From positions 182,150 through 246,149 of the IMG/VR virus record IMGVR_UViG_3300042261_002390: DNA of 64,000 bases. The stretch is one strand, 5' to 3'. This document shows, piece after piece, positions 29,097 through 38,799 of the stretch. Below the pieces are notes generated by a model that worked only from the letters and a program-made list of their open reading frames with translations, made no database searches and was not told the DNA's origin. Each line of letters begins with the position of its first letter. Position 1 is the first letter of the stretch. Position numbers and translations under genes: made by a program.

Positions 29097-29354
29097 GTGA
29101 AAGACTTTCTTAAATCAATTAATTGGAGATATCTGATTAAATATGAGCTAATTGTAATAGTGACAATTGGCTCATTGTATACTGTATCGAAGAATAAGTT
29201 TCCTGAAAAGATTGGATATGCCTTATTGTTGTTTGTATTGTGGACGCTATTGGTGTTTATTTCAGCATTTTCCAATTATATTCTGAAGAAAAATGTAACA
29301 AATCGGAAAGATTCAACGTATAAGAGCAAAAAAGAAAATAATGAACATCGATAA
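29097..29354 (+). CDS. small membrane protein
   Basis: Two TM segments; GTG start. Confidence 0.55.
   Translation: MKDFLKSINWRYLIKYELIVIVTIGSLYTVSKNKFPEKIGYALLLFVLWTLLVFISAFSNYILKKNVTNRKDSTYKSKKENNEHR
29294..29320 (+). promoter_or_regulatory. ECF-type promoter TGTAAC-N17-CGTA
   Basis: Recurrent motif, here inside the end of the upstream ORF. Confidence 0.6.
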
Positions 29355-29589
29355 TAATATATTAGGTTTTAAGAAAGCATATGGTGAAGAAATTTACCGT
29401 GAAAAAGAACAACTGTCTTTCTGTACATCTAATGTTCAGTTAAAATCAAATTCTGAGTTTATTGGTGTCGTTAAATGTTTATGGCTGCCATCCAATGAGA
29501 ACCGTAACAGAAAAAATGATTTATGGTGGGTTGAATGGAATAATGGTAAGTTTGGGATTGTTGAAGAAAAAGACGTTATTATAATATAA
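29341..29589 (+). CDS. hypothetical protein
   Basis: 82-aa ORF. Confidence 0.6.
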   Translation: MNIDNNILGFKKAYGEEIYREKEQLSFCTSNVQLKSNSEFIGVVKCLWLPSNENRNRKNDLWWVEWNNGKFGIVEEKDVIII

Positions 29590-29598
29590 ATAAACATC

Positions 29599-29952
29599 AT
29601 GGAAAATGCAGACAATATAAAAGTATTGGATAAAATTGATGAATTACTTTCTTTGAGAGAATCTAAGAAATTATCATTACTTCATTTGAATAGGGTAATA
29701 CGTGAAGGTATTGCCACTTCCAGAAGACTGCCTAGACGTTGGTATGTTAAGAATCCCAATGATGATATTATTGAATATCTCGGCAAAAAATATAACCGAG
29801 ATTTAAGTCAATACTCGAACTATATGCTTCCTATCGGATTAGGTGAAATTCATGGCGAATTTGCGTTAATTCCTCATGATATCGATTATTCGTGGGAAAT
29901 CACTCATGAAGAATTTGATTTAGCAATTAAATTACAGAACAATGGAGAATAA
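29599..29952 (+). CDS. hypothetical protein
   Basis: 117-aa ORF. Confidence 0.65.
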   Translation: MENADNIKVLDKIDELLSLRESKKLSLLHLNRVIREGIATSRRLPRRWYVKNPNDDIIEYLGKKYNRDLSQYSNYMLPIGLGEIHGEFALIPHDIDYSWEITHEEFDLAIKLQNNGE

Positions 29953-30631
29953 ATTAGATAATCTGATTAAGGATATTGCCCGGGTTAATCAAATAGATAA
30001 TAAATCTATTCCGGAAAGAGTTATGAAATTCAACGAAGAGTTTGGTGAATACATAACTGAAACTATTAAGCTAATGGGTTTTACATATAAACCTTTTGAC
30101 CGTGAGCATTTTATTGAAGAAGGTGCTGATTCACTTCAAACATTATTGTCGATTCAACTAGCTGCATGTGAAAAAGCAGGTGTTGATTTTCAGGAAGTGC
30201 TTGATAGAATGCCGGAGAAGAATCGTAAATGGGAAGATAAATCAAGGCAATATACTAGGAATGCTAATGAACCTAAAATTATTCGTATTGCATTCTATAA
30301 ACAATATTCTGCAGATGGAAAATTATTTAGCTGGTATGTTGATTTGCCAGATTATCCCGGAAATCAAGGCGATTTGCAAATGGTAATGGGTGCTGATACA
30401 TTATTAACTATGCTATCAGATGGTAAGCCATTCGTTTTGTTAAATGTTTCCTTAGACTATTTCGAAGGAAGTAATTGTCTTGAATTTATGGCTGACGATA
30501 TGATTTCGGGTGCTGATTATTTTATTCATCAATTGAATGGCATTCAAATCAGTTTAAACGTTTGGCTTTGTGAGGTTGTTAAAAAAGTATTTACTGACTA
30601 TCCAAAACTGATTTATTTTAAGAAAGCATAA
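29942..30631 (+). CDS. MazG-like nucleotide pyrophosphohydrolase fused to a C-terminal domain of unknown function
   Basis: KFNEEFGE...EEGAD MazG signature; second domain WYVDLPDY...LQMVMGAD. Confidence 0.65.
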   Translation: MENKLDNLIKDIARVNQIDNKSIPERVMKFNEEFGEYITETIKLMGFTYKPFDREHFIEEGADSLQTLLSIQLAACEKAGVDFQEVLDRMPEKNRKWEDKSRQYTRNANEPKIIRIAFYKQYSADGKLFSWYVDLPDYPGNQGDLQMVMGADTLLTMLSDGKPFVLLNVSLDYFEGSNCLEFMADDMISGADYFIHQLNGIQISLNVWLCEVVKKVFTDYPKLIYFKKA

Positions 30632-31179
30632 TGAGCAAATTAATTGAAGATATTGTTAAACCAATTTCAGACCTTGAGCGAAGAATAATAGCTGACCCTG
30701 ATTTTATCGAGGGTGCTCAATATGGACGACCAAGGCGTGGACACCCTGAAGGTGAAGTCATCTATCACATCAAGGAAGTTCTTGAAAATATTGATAAGTA
30801 TTATGGAGATGATACTTACTATGATGAATTACGCATAATAGCATTGGTTCATGATACGTTTAAGCATAAGGTTGACAGGAACTTGCCAAAAGCTGGTGAA
30901 AATCATCATGGGATGATTGCCAGACGATTTGCTGAAAAGTTTCAAATGTATGGCTCTGTCTATACTGTTATCGAAATGCATGATGATGCATATAATGCAT
31001 GGTCTAAGGGCAATAGAAACAATGATTGGTATGGTGCTAAGAAAAAGGCAACCAATTTAATTAACGGATTATTAATTGAAAATGCATTGGATTTGTTTGT
31101 TAAGTTCTACAAATGTGATAACTTTACAGGCGATAAATCTAATGATGATTATTTTTGGTTTACTAAATTAATAAAATAA
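30631..31179 (+). CDS. HD-domain phosphohydrolase
   Basis: GHPEG...YHI, ALVHDTFK, NHHG, MHDD. Confidence 0.8.
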   Translation: MSKLIEDIVKPISDLERRIIADPDFIEGAQYGRPRRGHPEGEVIYHIKEVLENIDKYYGDDTYYDELRIIALVHDTFKHKVDRNLPKAGENHHGMIARRFAEKFQMYGSVYTVIEMHDDAYNAWSKGNRNNDWYGAKKKATNLINGLLIENALDLFVKFYKCDNFTGDKSNDDYFWFTKLIK

Positions 31180-31665
31180 ATGTTTGGATTAGAATTTACA
31201 TCGAAATTTCCTTTTATTCGTATAACAGGTATTGTTAAATACGTTAATCAGCATGCAAATGCTGAAATTAATTCGTATCAGAAGAATCTAATTAATCTTA
31301 ACAGAAATTTACTGTTATTTAATCAAGTGCCGATAAATAAGATTCGTTTTGTTTTTCAACCAACATTCATTTATGAAGTCGATGCAGACAGGGTGAATCC
31401 AGAATATGATGTTTTGACCCCGACAAATAGAATTACCGGGAATGTTATAAGTAGTTTGCCTAAAATCGAAATGAATAAGCCGTTGAATATAATTTATATC
31501 ACCGTTAACACATATCGTACTATCAATAATTATGACTTGTTGAAACAATTATTGAAAAAGAGTAAAAGAGGGGTGGTAATATATATCTCTGATGTTGAGA
31601 GTGTTAATAATGATATGATTAGATTCATCAATTTAGATGAAGAAATAATTAACCGTAATATTTAA
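31180..31665 (+). CDS. hypothetical protein
   Basis: 161-aa ORF. Confidence 0.65.
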   Translation: MFGLEFTSKFPFIRITGIVKYVNQHANAEINSYQKNLINLNRNLLLFNQVPINKIRFVFQPTFIYEVDADRVNPEYDVLTPTNRITGNVISSLPKIEMNKPLNIIYITVNTYRTINNYDLLKQLLKKSKRGVVIYISDVESVNNDMIRFINLDEEIINRNI

Positions 31666-31670
31666 AAAAT

Positions 31671-32003
31671 ATGGCACAGAAATTTATAATTAATGACGGT
31701 GTTTTAATTTTGGGTAACGTAGAATTGCATGAGCAATTATTACGAGGTGGTCTTGAACGCAATAAAACAGTTGGTGGTGGCTATTGGTTAAAAGACCATA
31801 GAACAAACACACTATATTTTTACAGCAAATCACATGACTTTGGGCGTGTAACTGAAGAACAGTTTAATAATGCTATAAAATCGCCATTTGTACAAGCAGC
31901 TTCGAAAATTGTCTTTAGTTTAGAAGATAGTTTAGATGCGGTATTATCTGCAGAATCAGCAAAAGAAGAACAACTTTTAAATAAAAAAGATGGGAACGAT
32001 TAA
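31671..32003 (+). CDS. hypothetical protein
   Basis: 110-aa ORF. Confidence 0.65.
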   Translation: MAQKFIINDGVLILGNVELHEQLLRGGLERNKTVGGGYWLKDHRTNTLYFYSKSHDFGRVTEEQFNNAIKSPFVQAASKIVFSLEDSLDAVLSAESAKEEQLLNKKDGND

Positions 32004-32472
32004 TAAAAAAGCGTATTGTGATTTAATTGAACAGGATTTAGCTGCATTGAAGAAATATATGCCGGAATGCTCTCTTGAAAGACAGCACATATCAAATATT
32101 TTGGAGTGGAGCATTAAACAACTATTTCCCGAATCAGAAAAACCTATTGTAGGTATTTTTCTGCTTGGTGAAAAATATTCGCTTGATTTAGGTTCGTCTG
32201 CACCTGTTGAAGTTAAACCTCTCAGATATACTGAAAAAGGTGTGGTTTGTAGATATTTATGTTCGTCTGCGGGTAGGGTTGAAACAATCTCATATGGTTT
32301 ATTAAAATCCAATGGTTTTGGAAAAACAAAAGTTAGAGTTGAATGGTTTACTGGCGATGTTACAATTGAACATCTTTTTGGTGAATTTGGTGATAACTAT
32401 TACTTCAATCCTAGCGAGAATCAAAGCTTTATTGCCCCTAAAGAATGGTGTGAAATAATTGATGGTGAGTAA
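31990..32472 (+). CDS. hypothetical protein
   Basis: 160-aa ORF. Confidence 0.65.
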   Translation: MGTINKKAYCDLIEQDLAALKKYMPECSLERQHISNILEWSIKQLFPESEKPIVGIFLLGEKYSLDLGSSAPVEVKPLRYTEKGVVCRYLCSSAGRVETISYGLLKSNGFGKTKVRVEWFTGDVTIEHLFGEFGDNYYFNPSENQSFIAPKEWCEIIDGE

Positions 32473-32475
32473 GAT

Positions 32476-32673
32476 ATGCAAAAATTTCAAGGCAATATCA
32501 AAACTAAATTTATTTGGATTATTCCGTTATTGATTGGCGTAAGCAAAAACAATATAGATAATAAGGCAAATGTATATGCAGTTCACATTACACCTTTTTT
32601 AGAAATTGGTTTTAATTGGAAAGGTACTAGGAATGGATATGAAAAAATCAAACAGAGTGATAATCACGAATAG
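32476..32673 (+). CDS. small hypothetical protein
   Basis: 65-aa ORF. Confidence 0.5.
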   Translation: MQKFQGNIKTKFIWIIPLLIGVSKNNIDNKANVYAVHITPFLEIGFNWKGTRNGYEKIKQSDNHE

Positions 32674-32815
32674 AAAAGTAATTTTTGATGATTTTGAAAC
32701 CAGACTCGATAAAATATTTGAAGAAGGTAATCCAACAAAGGCACAGATTTTTGATGCATTGCATAAGTCATTGAATGTGTATGAAACCACCCAAACCGTC
32801 AAAAAAAGAAGTTGA
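32633..32815 (+). CDS. small hypothetical protein
   Basis: Internal ATG MDMKKSNR; fills the gap up to the promoter. Confidence 0.5.
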   Translation: MDMKKSNRVIITNRKVIFDDFETRLDKIFEEGNPTKAQIFDALHKSLNVYETTQTVKKRS

Positions 32816-32828
32816 TTTAACGGTAAAT

Positions 32829-32855
32829 TGTAACCTTTTTATTAGTTGTAACGTA
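32829..32855 (+). promoter_or_regulatory. ECF-type promoter TGTAAC-N17-CGTA
   Basis: Recurrent intergenic motif. Confidence 0.7.
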
Positions 32856-32879
32856 TAATCAATAGTAAAAATAATAATC

Positions 32880-33383
32880 ATGAATAGAATTGACGAAATT
32901 TTCAAAAAGCATACTCCATCAACTGAGATGGATGCTGATGAGGCTAAGGTATTTATGAACATTTTATTCTCAAAAGACCCAGTAATGGAGACCGATATAG
33001 ATGATTTAGATAAAGAATCTGAATTATATAAACATTTCAAACCATTATTTGAAGCACCACAAATTAAAGTATTTTTAATTAAAATCAAATATCTGACAAG
33101 CTTAAAAATTAGCATGGGTGCATTTATGATATTCTCAATGTGCATTGAGAATTTCGGTCAAGCTACCATGCATGCATATTATTTACACTCTAAGCTTCCA
33201 GCAAATACTTTAGTCACACTTAAACATATTGGTGAGTCATTATTCCCAATGGGATTCTTTTCAGAATCACAGTTGAAGCAAATTTGGGATGAACAAAAAA
33301 CCAACAGGAAAGAAGCTGCGGGTTTAACATGCATTGGTGCATTTGATAATTTATTGGACTATAAAGAAATGTGGGAGAAATAA
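32880..33383 (+). CDS. hypothetical protein
   Basis: 167-aa ORF. Confidence 0.7.
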   Translation: MNRIDEIFKKHTPSTEMDADEAKVFMNILFSKDPVMETDIDDLDKESELYKHFKPLFEAPQIKVFLIKIKYLTSLKISMGAFMIFSMCIENFGQATMHAYYLHSKLPANTLVTLKHIGESLFPMGFFSESQLKQIWDEQKTNRKEAAGLTCIGAFDNLLDYKEMWEK

Positions 33384-33385
33384 TC

Positions 33386-33796
33386 ATGGGACGTATTAGC
33401 ATAAATTACGACGAAGGTAATAAGGAAAACTTAGGATATGAATCGGTCGAAATTAAGTTTAGGAATGAGAAATACAACAAAAGCTTTTCATCAGGTGATT
33501 TTATTAAAGACTGGTATGATATGCGTAAATACATGATTAATGATGTTGATATGTCTGATGATGAACCTTATTTTATACATTCATCATCAGTTGACCATTT
33601 CATCATGGATGGTGCTCCATATGATAGTGCATATCTGCATATTGTTGATGATAAGCCAGTTTTGAAATATTTCGACAGAACTGACCCTAATTGGTTTTTA
33701 CAAGGTGTTGATGAAGGTGGTATTGAATTTTTCGTGCCGGAAAATACCCAACCAACATGGGAAGAATTTCGTGATAAATATAAAGACGAAGAGTAA
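33386..33796 (+). CDS. hypothetical acidic protein
   Basis: From MGRISINY. Confidence 0.65.
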   Translation: MGRISINYDEGNKENLGYESVEIKFRNEKYNKSFSSGDFIKDWYDMRKYMINDVDMSDDEPYFIHSSSVDHFIMDGAPYDSAYLHIVDDKPVLKYFDRTDPNWFLQGVDEGGIEFFVPENTQPTWEEFRDKYKDEE

Positions 33797-33797
33797 T

Positions 33798-34094
33798 ATG
33801 AGCAAAAAATATTTCATGTATGGAACTAAGCTTCCGGTAAGTTTATTGGAAAACGAAGCATTTGTGAATAAGATTAAAGAATTAAAGTATGGGATAACCA
33901 ATAAAATTCGTAATAATTTAGAAGGTTCATTCATAATTGTTGGAAGGAAAATGTATTGTTCTGAGGATATGGTTGTTCCTGAAATACATGGCTCAATTAA
34001 AATCCTCACTGAATTTCAAATCGATACTATATTGGCTGAGTTTAATATCGAAAAAACTGATAGGTATAATTACTATTTCATAATCGAAGAATAA
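33798..34094 (+). CDS. hypothetical protein
   Basis: From MSKKYFMY, 1 nt after the upstream stop. Confidence 0.65.
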   Translation: MSKKYFMYGTKLPVSLLENEAFVNKIKELKYGITNKIRNNLEGSFIIVGRKMYCSEDMVVPEIHGSIKILTEFQIDTILAEFNIEKTDRYNYYFIIEE

Positions 34095-34390
34095 TGTCAG
34101 TAGCTAAAACAAAAATAGGTAAACTTGAGTTTACATTCGTATATCGTTATCGTTACGAAAAATATAAAGACAATAGTGAAAGATTATTCAAACATCACAC
34201 TATGTGGCGTGAATGGCAGCTTGGTTTATTCTTTAGACGCAATAAAATTGTTGGAAAAAAGAATTTCAATAAGCCTAAAGAATGGGGAAATAACCTAGTG
34301 ACACAATATATGGTAGGTATTGACCTGCTTATTTGGAAATTGTGGTTCACCGTACATAAAGGTGGAATGAGTTTCAAATTAAATGAATAA
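34094..34390 (+). CDS. hypothetical protein
   Basis: 98 aa, stop/start overlap. Confidence 0.65.
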   Translation: MSVAKTKIGKLEFTFVYRYRYEKYKDNSERLFKHHTMWREWQLGLFFRRNKIVGKKNFNKPKEWGNNLVTQYMVGIDLLIWKLWFTVHKGGMSFKLNE

Positions 34391-34392
34391 TT

Positions 34393-34418
34393 TGTAACAT
34401 TTTAAATTCACCAACGTA
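34393..34418 (+). promoter_or_regulatory. ECF-type promoter TGTAAC-N16-CGTA
   Basis: Recurrent intergenic motif. Confidence 0.7.
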
Positions 34419-34440
34419 TAAGCAAGAAAAATTACTTATT

Positions 34441-34791
34441 ATGAGAATGTGGTGTATTAATCCAGAGTTATTGTGCAAGAATCACTTACTTGGTGAGCAT
34501 GGAGAAATTCATAAACACAGACACAATTTTGTGAAGAAGCATAAAATAACTAATCGTATCACGCCAGTGGTTCAAATTGAACCGGAAAGCATGGAAAAAA
34601 GACATGACGAATTGGTAGCTGAAATGATTAAACGTGGATATAATCACGCATCCCCATATGAACAGCCTGACATTTCTTATTTAAAAAAAGAAGAAAGATA
34701 TGCTAAGGTTGATTTAAGTATTTCTTTAAGCGATTTAATATGTCGCTGTCCTGAGTGTGCTGAAAAAATTAATAACATTAAAACCTTTTAA
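34441..34791 (+). CDS. pyrimidine-dimer DNA glycosylase family (DenV/Pyr_excise-like)
   Basis: MRMW...LCKNHLLGEHGEIH...RHDELVAEMIKRGYNHASP. Confidence 0.75.
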   Translation: MRMWCINPELLCKNHLLGEHGEIHKHRHNFVKKHKITNRITPVVQIEPESMEKRHDELVAEMIKRGYNHASPYEQPDISYLKKEERYAKVDLSISLSDLICRCPECAEKINNIKTF

Positions 34792-34793
34792 AA

Positions 34794-35363
34794 ATGGATA
34801 CTTCAAAATTTCTTTCAGTTGGTGATGTAATCGTATTAAACGATGGAATGAAAGTTTATGGCAAAATACCTGAAAAATTTGTTCATGTTAATTGCGCATT
34901 AAACAATAAAATGGTTGGTGCTGAAATTACTGTTGGGAGACGGTATCGTTCATTAAATTCGTCTGAAATTTTAAATGACAAACAGCAACTTGCACTCGAA
35001 ATTGCAAATAAATTTGAAAGTCATTTAGGCATCAGACCGAAATTGAACGATGCATTGAAATATGTTGAGTCTGTCATTGCTAATGTTTATGGTGATGTTA
35101 AAGAAGAAACATTTGTGTTTAATTCCGGTGATGAGTTTGTTGTAGTGAAAACTGCAATTGAGGGTGGTAGTACCGGATATGATGCTTATCCTGATGGTTA
35201 CAATGTTTATTGCAAAAAATTGAATGCTGACGGTACTTACAATCCGGATGGTGCTGAGATTCAATTTTATCAATCTGGTTGCTTTACAATTGTGATTACT
35301 CCCGATAAAATCAAACCAGTGAGAAAAATGAAAATGGTTATGACACCACCAACATTTGTATAA
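34794..35363 (+). CDS. hypothetical protein
   Basis: 189-aa ORF. Confidence 0.7.
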   Translation: MDTSKFLSVGDVIVLNDGMKVYGKIPEKFVHVNCALNNKMVGAEITVGRRYRSLNSSEILNDKQQLALEIANKFESHLGIRPKLNDALKYVESVIANVYGDVKEETFVFNSGDEFVVVKTAIEGGSTGYDAYPDGYNVYCKKLNADGTYNPDGAEIQFYQSGCFTIVITPDKIKPVRKMKMVMTPPTFV

Positions 35364-35364
35364 G

Positions 35365-35670
35365 ATGAAAAATAGAATCAAAACAATTCTTATTCTTAGT
35401 GCTGTGTTTGTATATGTGTGGGCAATTACACATGTATTAACGGATTTCGAAACCAAAAAAAAGACAGAAAATCTGGGAAAATTTTCCACATCAATTAAGG
35501 TCTTGATGGAAACAGCATATGCCGAAGGACAAAAGGATGCACTTAAAGGTAATATTAAAATTAAAAGCATCAATTTTGGTAGATATGTTTGGACTAAATC
35601 ACCTTGGGTAGATGGTAGCAAAACAATTACTGACACATTAAAAGTTAACGAAGATGGGCATTTTAGATAA
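35365..35670 (+). CDS. membrane-anchored hypothetical protein
   Basis: N-terminal TM helix; AYAEGQKDAL...YVWTKSPW. Confidence 0.65.
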   Translation: MKNRIKTILILSAVFVYVWAITHVLTDFETKKKTENLGKFSTSIKVLMETAYAEGQKDALKGNIKIKSINFGRYVWTKSPWVDGSKTITDTLKVNEDGHFR

Positions 35671-35899
35671 GTTATTAAATAAAAATCACAGTAACATGGA
35701 ATTAGTAAAAATTTATTCTCCGGTGGAAGATAAAAACATTCGTGAAAACCTTAATGATTCACCAATTTGGAAAAAGGCATATCACGAAGAAGATTTGCCG
35801 AAATTAAAAGCAAGTCATCAGGTGATATTTGAATATGGTATTAAGTTCGATGGACTTAAACCAGTTCAGGTAACTGGTGTAAAAAAGATTAAGAATTAA
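35654..35899 (+). CDS. hypothetical protein
   Basis: 81-aa ORF. Confidence 0.6.
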   Translation: MGILDKLLNKNHSNMELVKIYSPVEDKNIRENLNDSPIWKKAYHEEDLPKLKASHQVIFEYGIKFDGLKPVQVTGVKKIKN

Positions 35900-35948
35900 T
35901 TATTGTGACAGTGGGGATTGCTCATTGTCACATTTTTATTTAAAATTT

Positions 35949-36332
35949 ATGAAGTTAAGGGAAGGTGATGAAATATTCCTTGAAGGAGGCATTGGTGTCG
36001 TTTGTTTAGATTGTAACGACCGGGTATATTTTAGATGGGAAAATGGTGACTTATGTTGGGTATATCGTAGAAATATATTACGGCACAGACGAAAATTCTC
36101 TATTAACAAAAAAGATGTGTCTGAAATACAACTTGATATAACTGAATGGGCAAAAGAAATTCGTAAACAGAAAATTCTTGAACTTAAAGCACTCATAGCT
36201 GAAAAGCAAGCGGAATACGATAATTTATCGTTAGCCAAATTATTAAACGAAAATAAGATAGTTGAAAAATGCGTATTAGCGATTAAGCTTATTAATTTAA
36301 AGGAAAAGTTAAATTTCTTATTAAATTTGTAA
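35949..36332 (+). CDS. hypothetical protein
   Basis: From MKLREGDE. Confidence 0.6.
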   Translation: MKLREGDEIFLEGGIGVVCLDCNDRVYFRWENGDLCWVYRRNILRHRRKFSINKKDVSEIQLDITEWAKEIRKQKILELKALIAEKQAEYDNLSLAKLLNENKIVEKCVLAIKLINLKEKLNFLLNL

Positions 36333-36353
36333 CCTTATTAATGCTATAACGTA
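36328..36353 (+). promoter_or_regulatory. ECF-type promoter TGTAAC-N16-CGTA
   Basis: Recurrent motif overlapping the upstream stop. Confidence 0.7.
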
Positions 36354-36383
36354 TAAGAAGTACAAACCTTAAAATTTACGACT

Positions 36384-36863
36384 ATGTTTGCTGAAATTGA
36401 AAAATTTAAAGATGTAATGAAAGAAGGCATGATTAAGAACTTCGAAGCCGATGGTTGTTTAATGCCTGTCTTATTTTTCATTGACAATGGCGAATTAGTA
36501 ATATCGCAAATTCCTAATTTTATTTTTATGACAGAAGCAGGAAAAGATAGCCTTGCAAATCTAATTAAAGATAAATGTGTTAACCCAAGTATACAGGCTG
36601 CAGGTATGGTTATTGAAGCATGGGGTGCTAAAATCGATGCCAAAAGTGATGCAGCTAAAGCATTACTAAATAACGAAATTTCTGTTAGCGAGTTAGATGA
36701 AAAACAAGATATCATTATGTTGATTTTCAGTACCCCGACAAAATCAGAAACCATCGCATATGTTGTTGATGCCGACAATAAAAAAATAATCAAAGAATTT
36801 GGTGAAGGAATCGACCTCATTAGCGGTAGATTCGCAAACTTTTTTCAATGGTCACAAAATTAA
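36384..36863 (+). CDS. hypothetical protein
   Basis: 159-aa ORF. Confidence 0.7.
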   Translation: MFAEIEKFKDVMKEGMIKNFEADGCLMPVLFFIDNGELVISQIPNFIFMTEAGKDSLANLIKDKCVNPSIQAAGMVIEAWGAKIDAKSDAAKALLNNEISVSELDEKQDIIMLIFSTPTKSETIAYVVDADNKKIIKEFGEGIDLISGRFANFFQWSQN

Positions 36864-36867
36864 AAAT

Positions 36868-37206
36868 ATGGAAAAAATTCAGCCAATAAAACCGAGTGAA
36901 ATTGTTGAGAAAAAAATCAAAACAATTCCAAATGATATGATTAAAGCAGTTAATGATTTGATTGTTAAAAATTGGAATGGTAAGTCTTCGACAGTAAAAC
37001 AAGATGCTATTATTAATGCGTATTTGGATAATTTAACACTGTCTGAACACCCGAATGAAATAAATCAAAGTGCTGAACGTGATAAAATATTTGAAAATCA
37101 TTTTCTTGATTTCGAAGACATTTATCGTAAAGCCGGATGGAAAGTCGAATACGATAAACCCGGGTTTAATGAATCCTATGAACCATTTTTTGTTTTCAAA
37201 AAATAA
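36868..37206 (+). CDS. hypothetical protein
   Basis: From MEKIQP; YRKAGWKVEYDKPG motif. Confidence 0.7.
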   Translation: MEKIQPIKPSEIVEKKIKTIPNDMIKAVNDLIVKNWNGKSSTVKQDAIINAYLDNLTLSEHPNEINQSAERDKIFENHFLDFEDIYRKAGWKVEYDKPGFNESYEPFFVFKK

Positions 37207-37242
37207 AAAAAGTATTGCAGATTAAAAAAATTCATCTATTTT

Positions 37243-37268
37243 TGTAACAAATTCAAATCATAAACGTA
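37243..37268 (+). promoter_or_regulatory. ECF-type promoter TGTAAC-N16-CGTA
   Basis: Recurrent intergenic motif. Confidence 0.7.
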
Positions 37269-37291
37269 TAACAAATAAAAACATTATAACT

Positions 37292-38227
37292 ATGAGAAAA
37301 AACGCATTAACCGTCAACGATGGTTTAAGTCTGTCACAGGCACAATCAATTTCAAACCTTTGTAACCAAAGAGCAAGAGAAATTGACACAACACTTGAAG
37401 GTATTAATAACTGTTCAAAATCAGTTGCAGTCGATGGAAATTCGCTGAATATTATGGTGGGTAAAAAAATTCCATCAAATGTATTGGAACTTCTTCTTGA
37501 AAAGTCCGAGTTGCATGGATGTCAGGCATTTTTGATGGAAAACATTAAGGCTAAAGACCTTATGATTAAGGAAATGCAAAAATCGAAAGCTGACATTTCT
37601 TCTGTTGAAATTCCTGAAAAACCTGTTGTGTTAAATGCAGCACCAGTTCTTCTTCGTGAAGTTAGTGAAGAATGGGGTTGGGAACAACTCACATCTGCAG
37701 ACCTTGCTAAGTATTACGAAGCAGAAGCATATGCTGCCCATATTGGTCAGTTTATTCATGCGGGGTCAACTTTGGATAATTTGAGAAAAGAATTACCACG
37801 TATTGTTCCTGTTGAGTGGATGACTATTGTGGAAGGAAAGAAAAGTCCTGTTAAAGTAACAGTACACCACACTTCAGCAGAATTGCTTGAAATTCACGAA
37901 AAACTCGCTGCCGAACACCGTAAATACGAACAGGTAGTGAATTACTACAAGGCAAAGGTTAAAAACCTTGTTACCGAAGAAAATGCACGTATTGCCAAAT
38001 TGAATGCCGATGTTCAGCATAACATTCAAAAGCAAAACAATGACAATCAGCTTGTCTACGAAACCGGAGTAAAAGCTGCTAACGAAAAAATCAGAACCAT
38101 TCAGTTGGATTACGAAAAACTCCGTCAGGATGAAATCAAAAAGATTGCTTCAATGCGTATATCGGTTGACGCTAGGTTTCAAAAGGTTGTTGATATTTTT
38201 CTCGAAAAATTAGAGCCTGAGAAATAA
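37292..38227 (+). CDS. coiled-coil-rich hypothetical protein
   Basis: 311-aa ORF with strongly biased codon usage. Confidence 0.8.
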   Translation: MRKNALTVNDGLSLSQAQSISNLCNQRAREIDTTLEGINNCSKSVAVDGNSLNIMVGKKIPSNVLELLLEKSELHGCQAFLMENIKAKDLMIKEMQKSKADISSVEIPEKPVVLNAAPVLLREVSEEWGWEQLTSADLAKYYEAEAYAAHIGQFIHAGSTLDNLRKELPRIVPVEWMTIVEGKKSPVKVTVHHTSAELLEIHEKLAAEHRKYEQVVNYYKAKVKNLVTEENARIAKLNADVQHNIQKQNNDNQLVYETGVKAANEKIRTIQLDYEKLRQDEIKKIASMRISVDARFQKVVDIFLEKLEPEK

Positions 38228-38234
38228 GATATTA

Positions 38235-38580
38235 AGGTGGTAGGTAAATAGAGCACAAGCCGAGTTTACCTATCTTTATGTCTGGTGATGGGTTTATAAC
38301 TTTTCTATTCATGACCCGAAAGGACATGAACAGAAGTCGTTATGGAAAAGATTAAGTTATAAATTTAATTAATTTAAAAATCGCCTTTCTGCAAAAAACC
38401 AATGTTTTATGGCGTTCATAAAAAACGACCAGTGAGTATAACAGGTTACCGCACCTCGGTTTAGTAGGTCGGATAATTGGTATACAAAACAGACTTGGTA
38501 TTTGTCTTTGTCCTTGATGCAGAAAGGGTCTGTGACATTGATTTTGATTTTGACATTATCTATACAACCCATTCATCAGG
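38235..38580 (+). ncRNA. candidate large structured ncRNA
   Basis: ORF-free; stems GGTAGGTAAA/TTTACCTATC, TTATAACTT/AAGTTATAA, TTCATG/CATGAA, CCTTTCTGCA/TGCAGAAAGG and closing GATGGGTT/AACCCATT. Confidence 0.55.
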
Positions 38581-38610
38581 CAACTTTTTTTATTTAAAAA
38601 CCAATTAGTC

Positions 38611-38799
38611 ATGACAGAACAAGAAGAACTAAACATGTACTTGGATGAAATGATGATTCAAGAACTACGTGAAGAAAAACGAAGGGAAGAAGAACTGGCA
38701 CAAATTGAGTACTTGGAAGAAATGAAAAAGGGTTTTGAATTATTATCAACTGATATGGAAAATCACATATACGATATTACCGAAAACTATGAATATTAA
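38611..38799 (+). CDS. small acidic protein
   Basis: 62 aa, E-rich. Confidence 0.6.
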   Translation: MTEQEELNMYLDEMMIQELREEKRREEELAQIEYLEEMKKGFELLSTDMENHIYDITENYEY

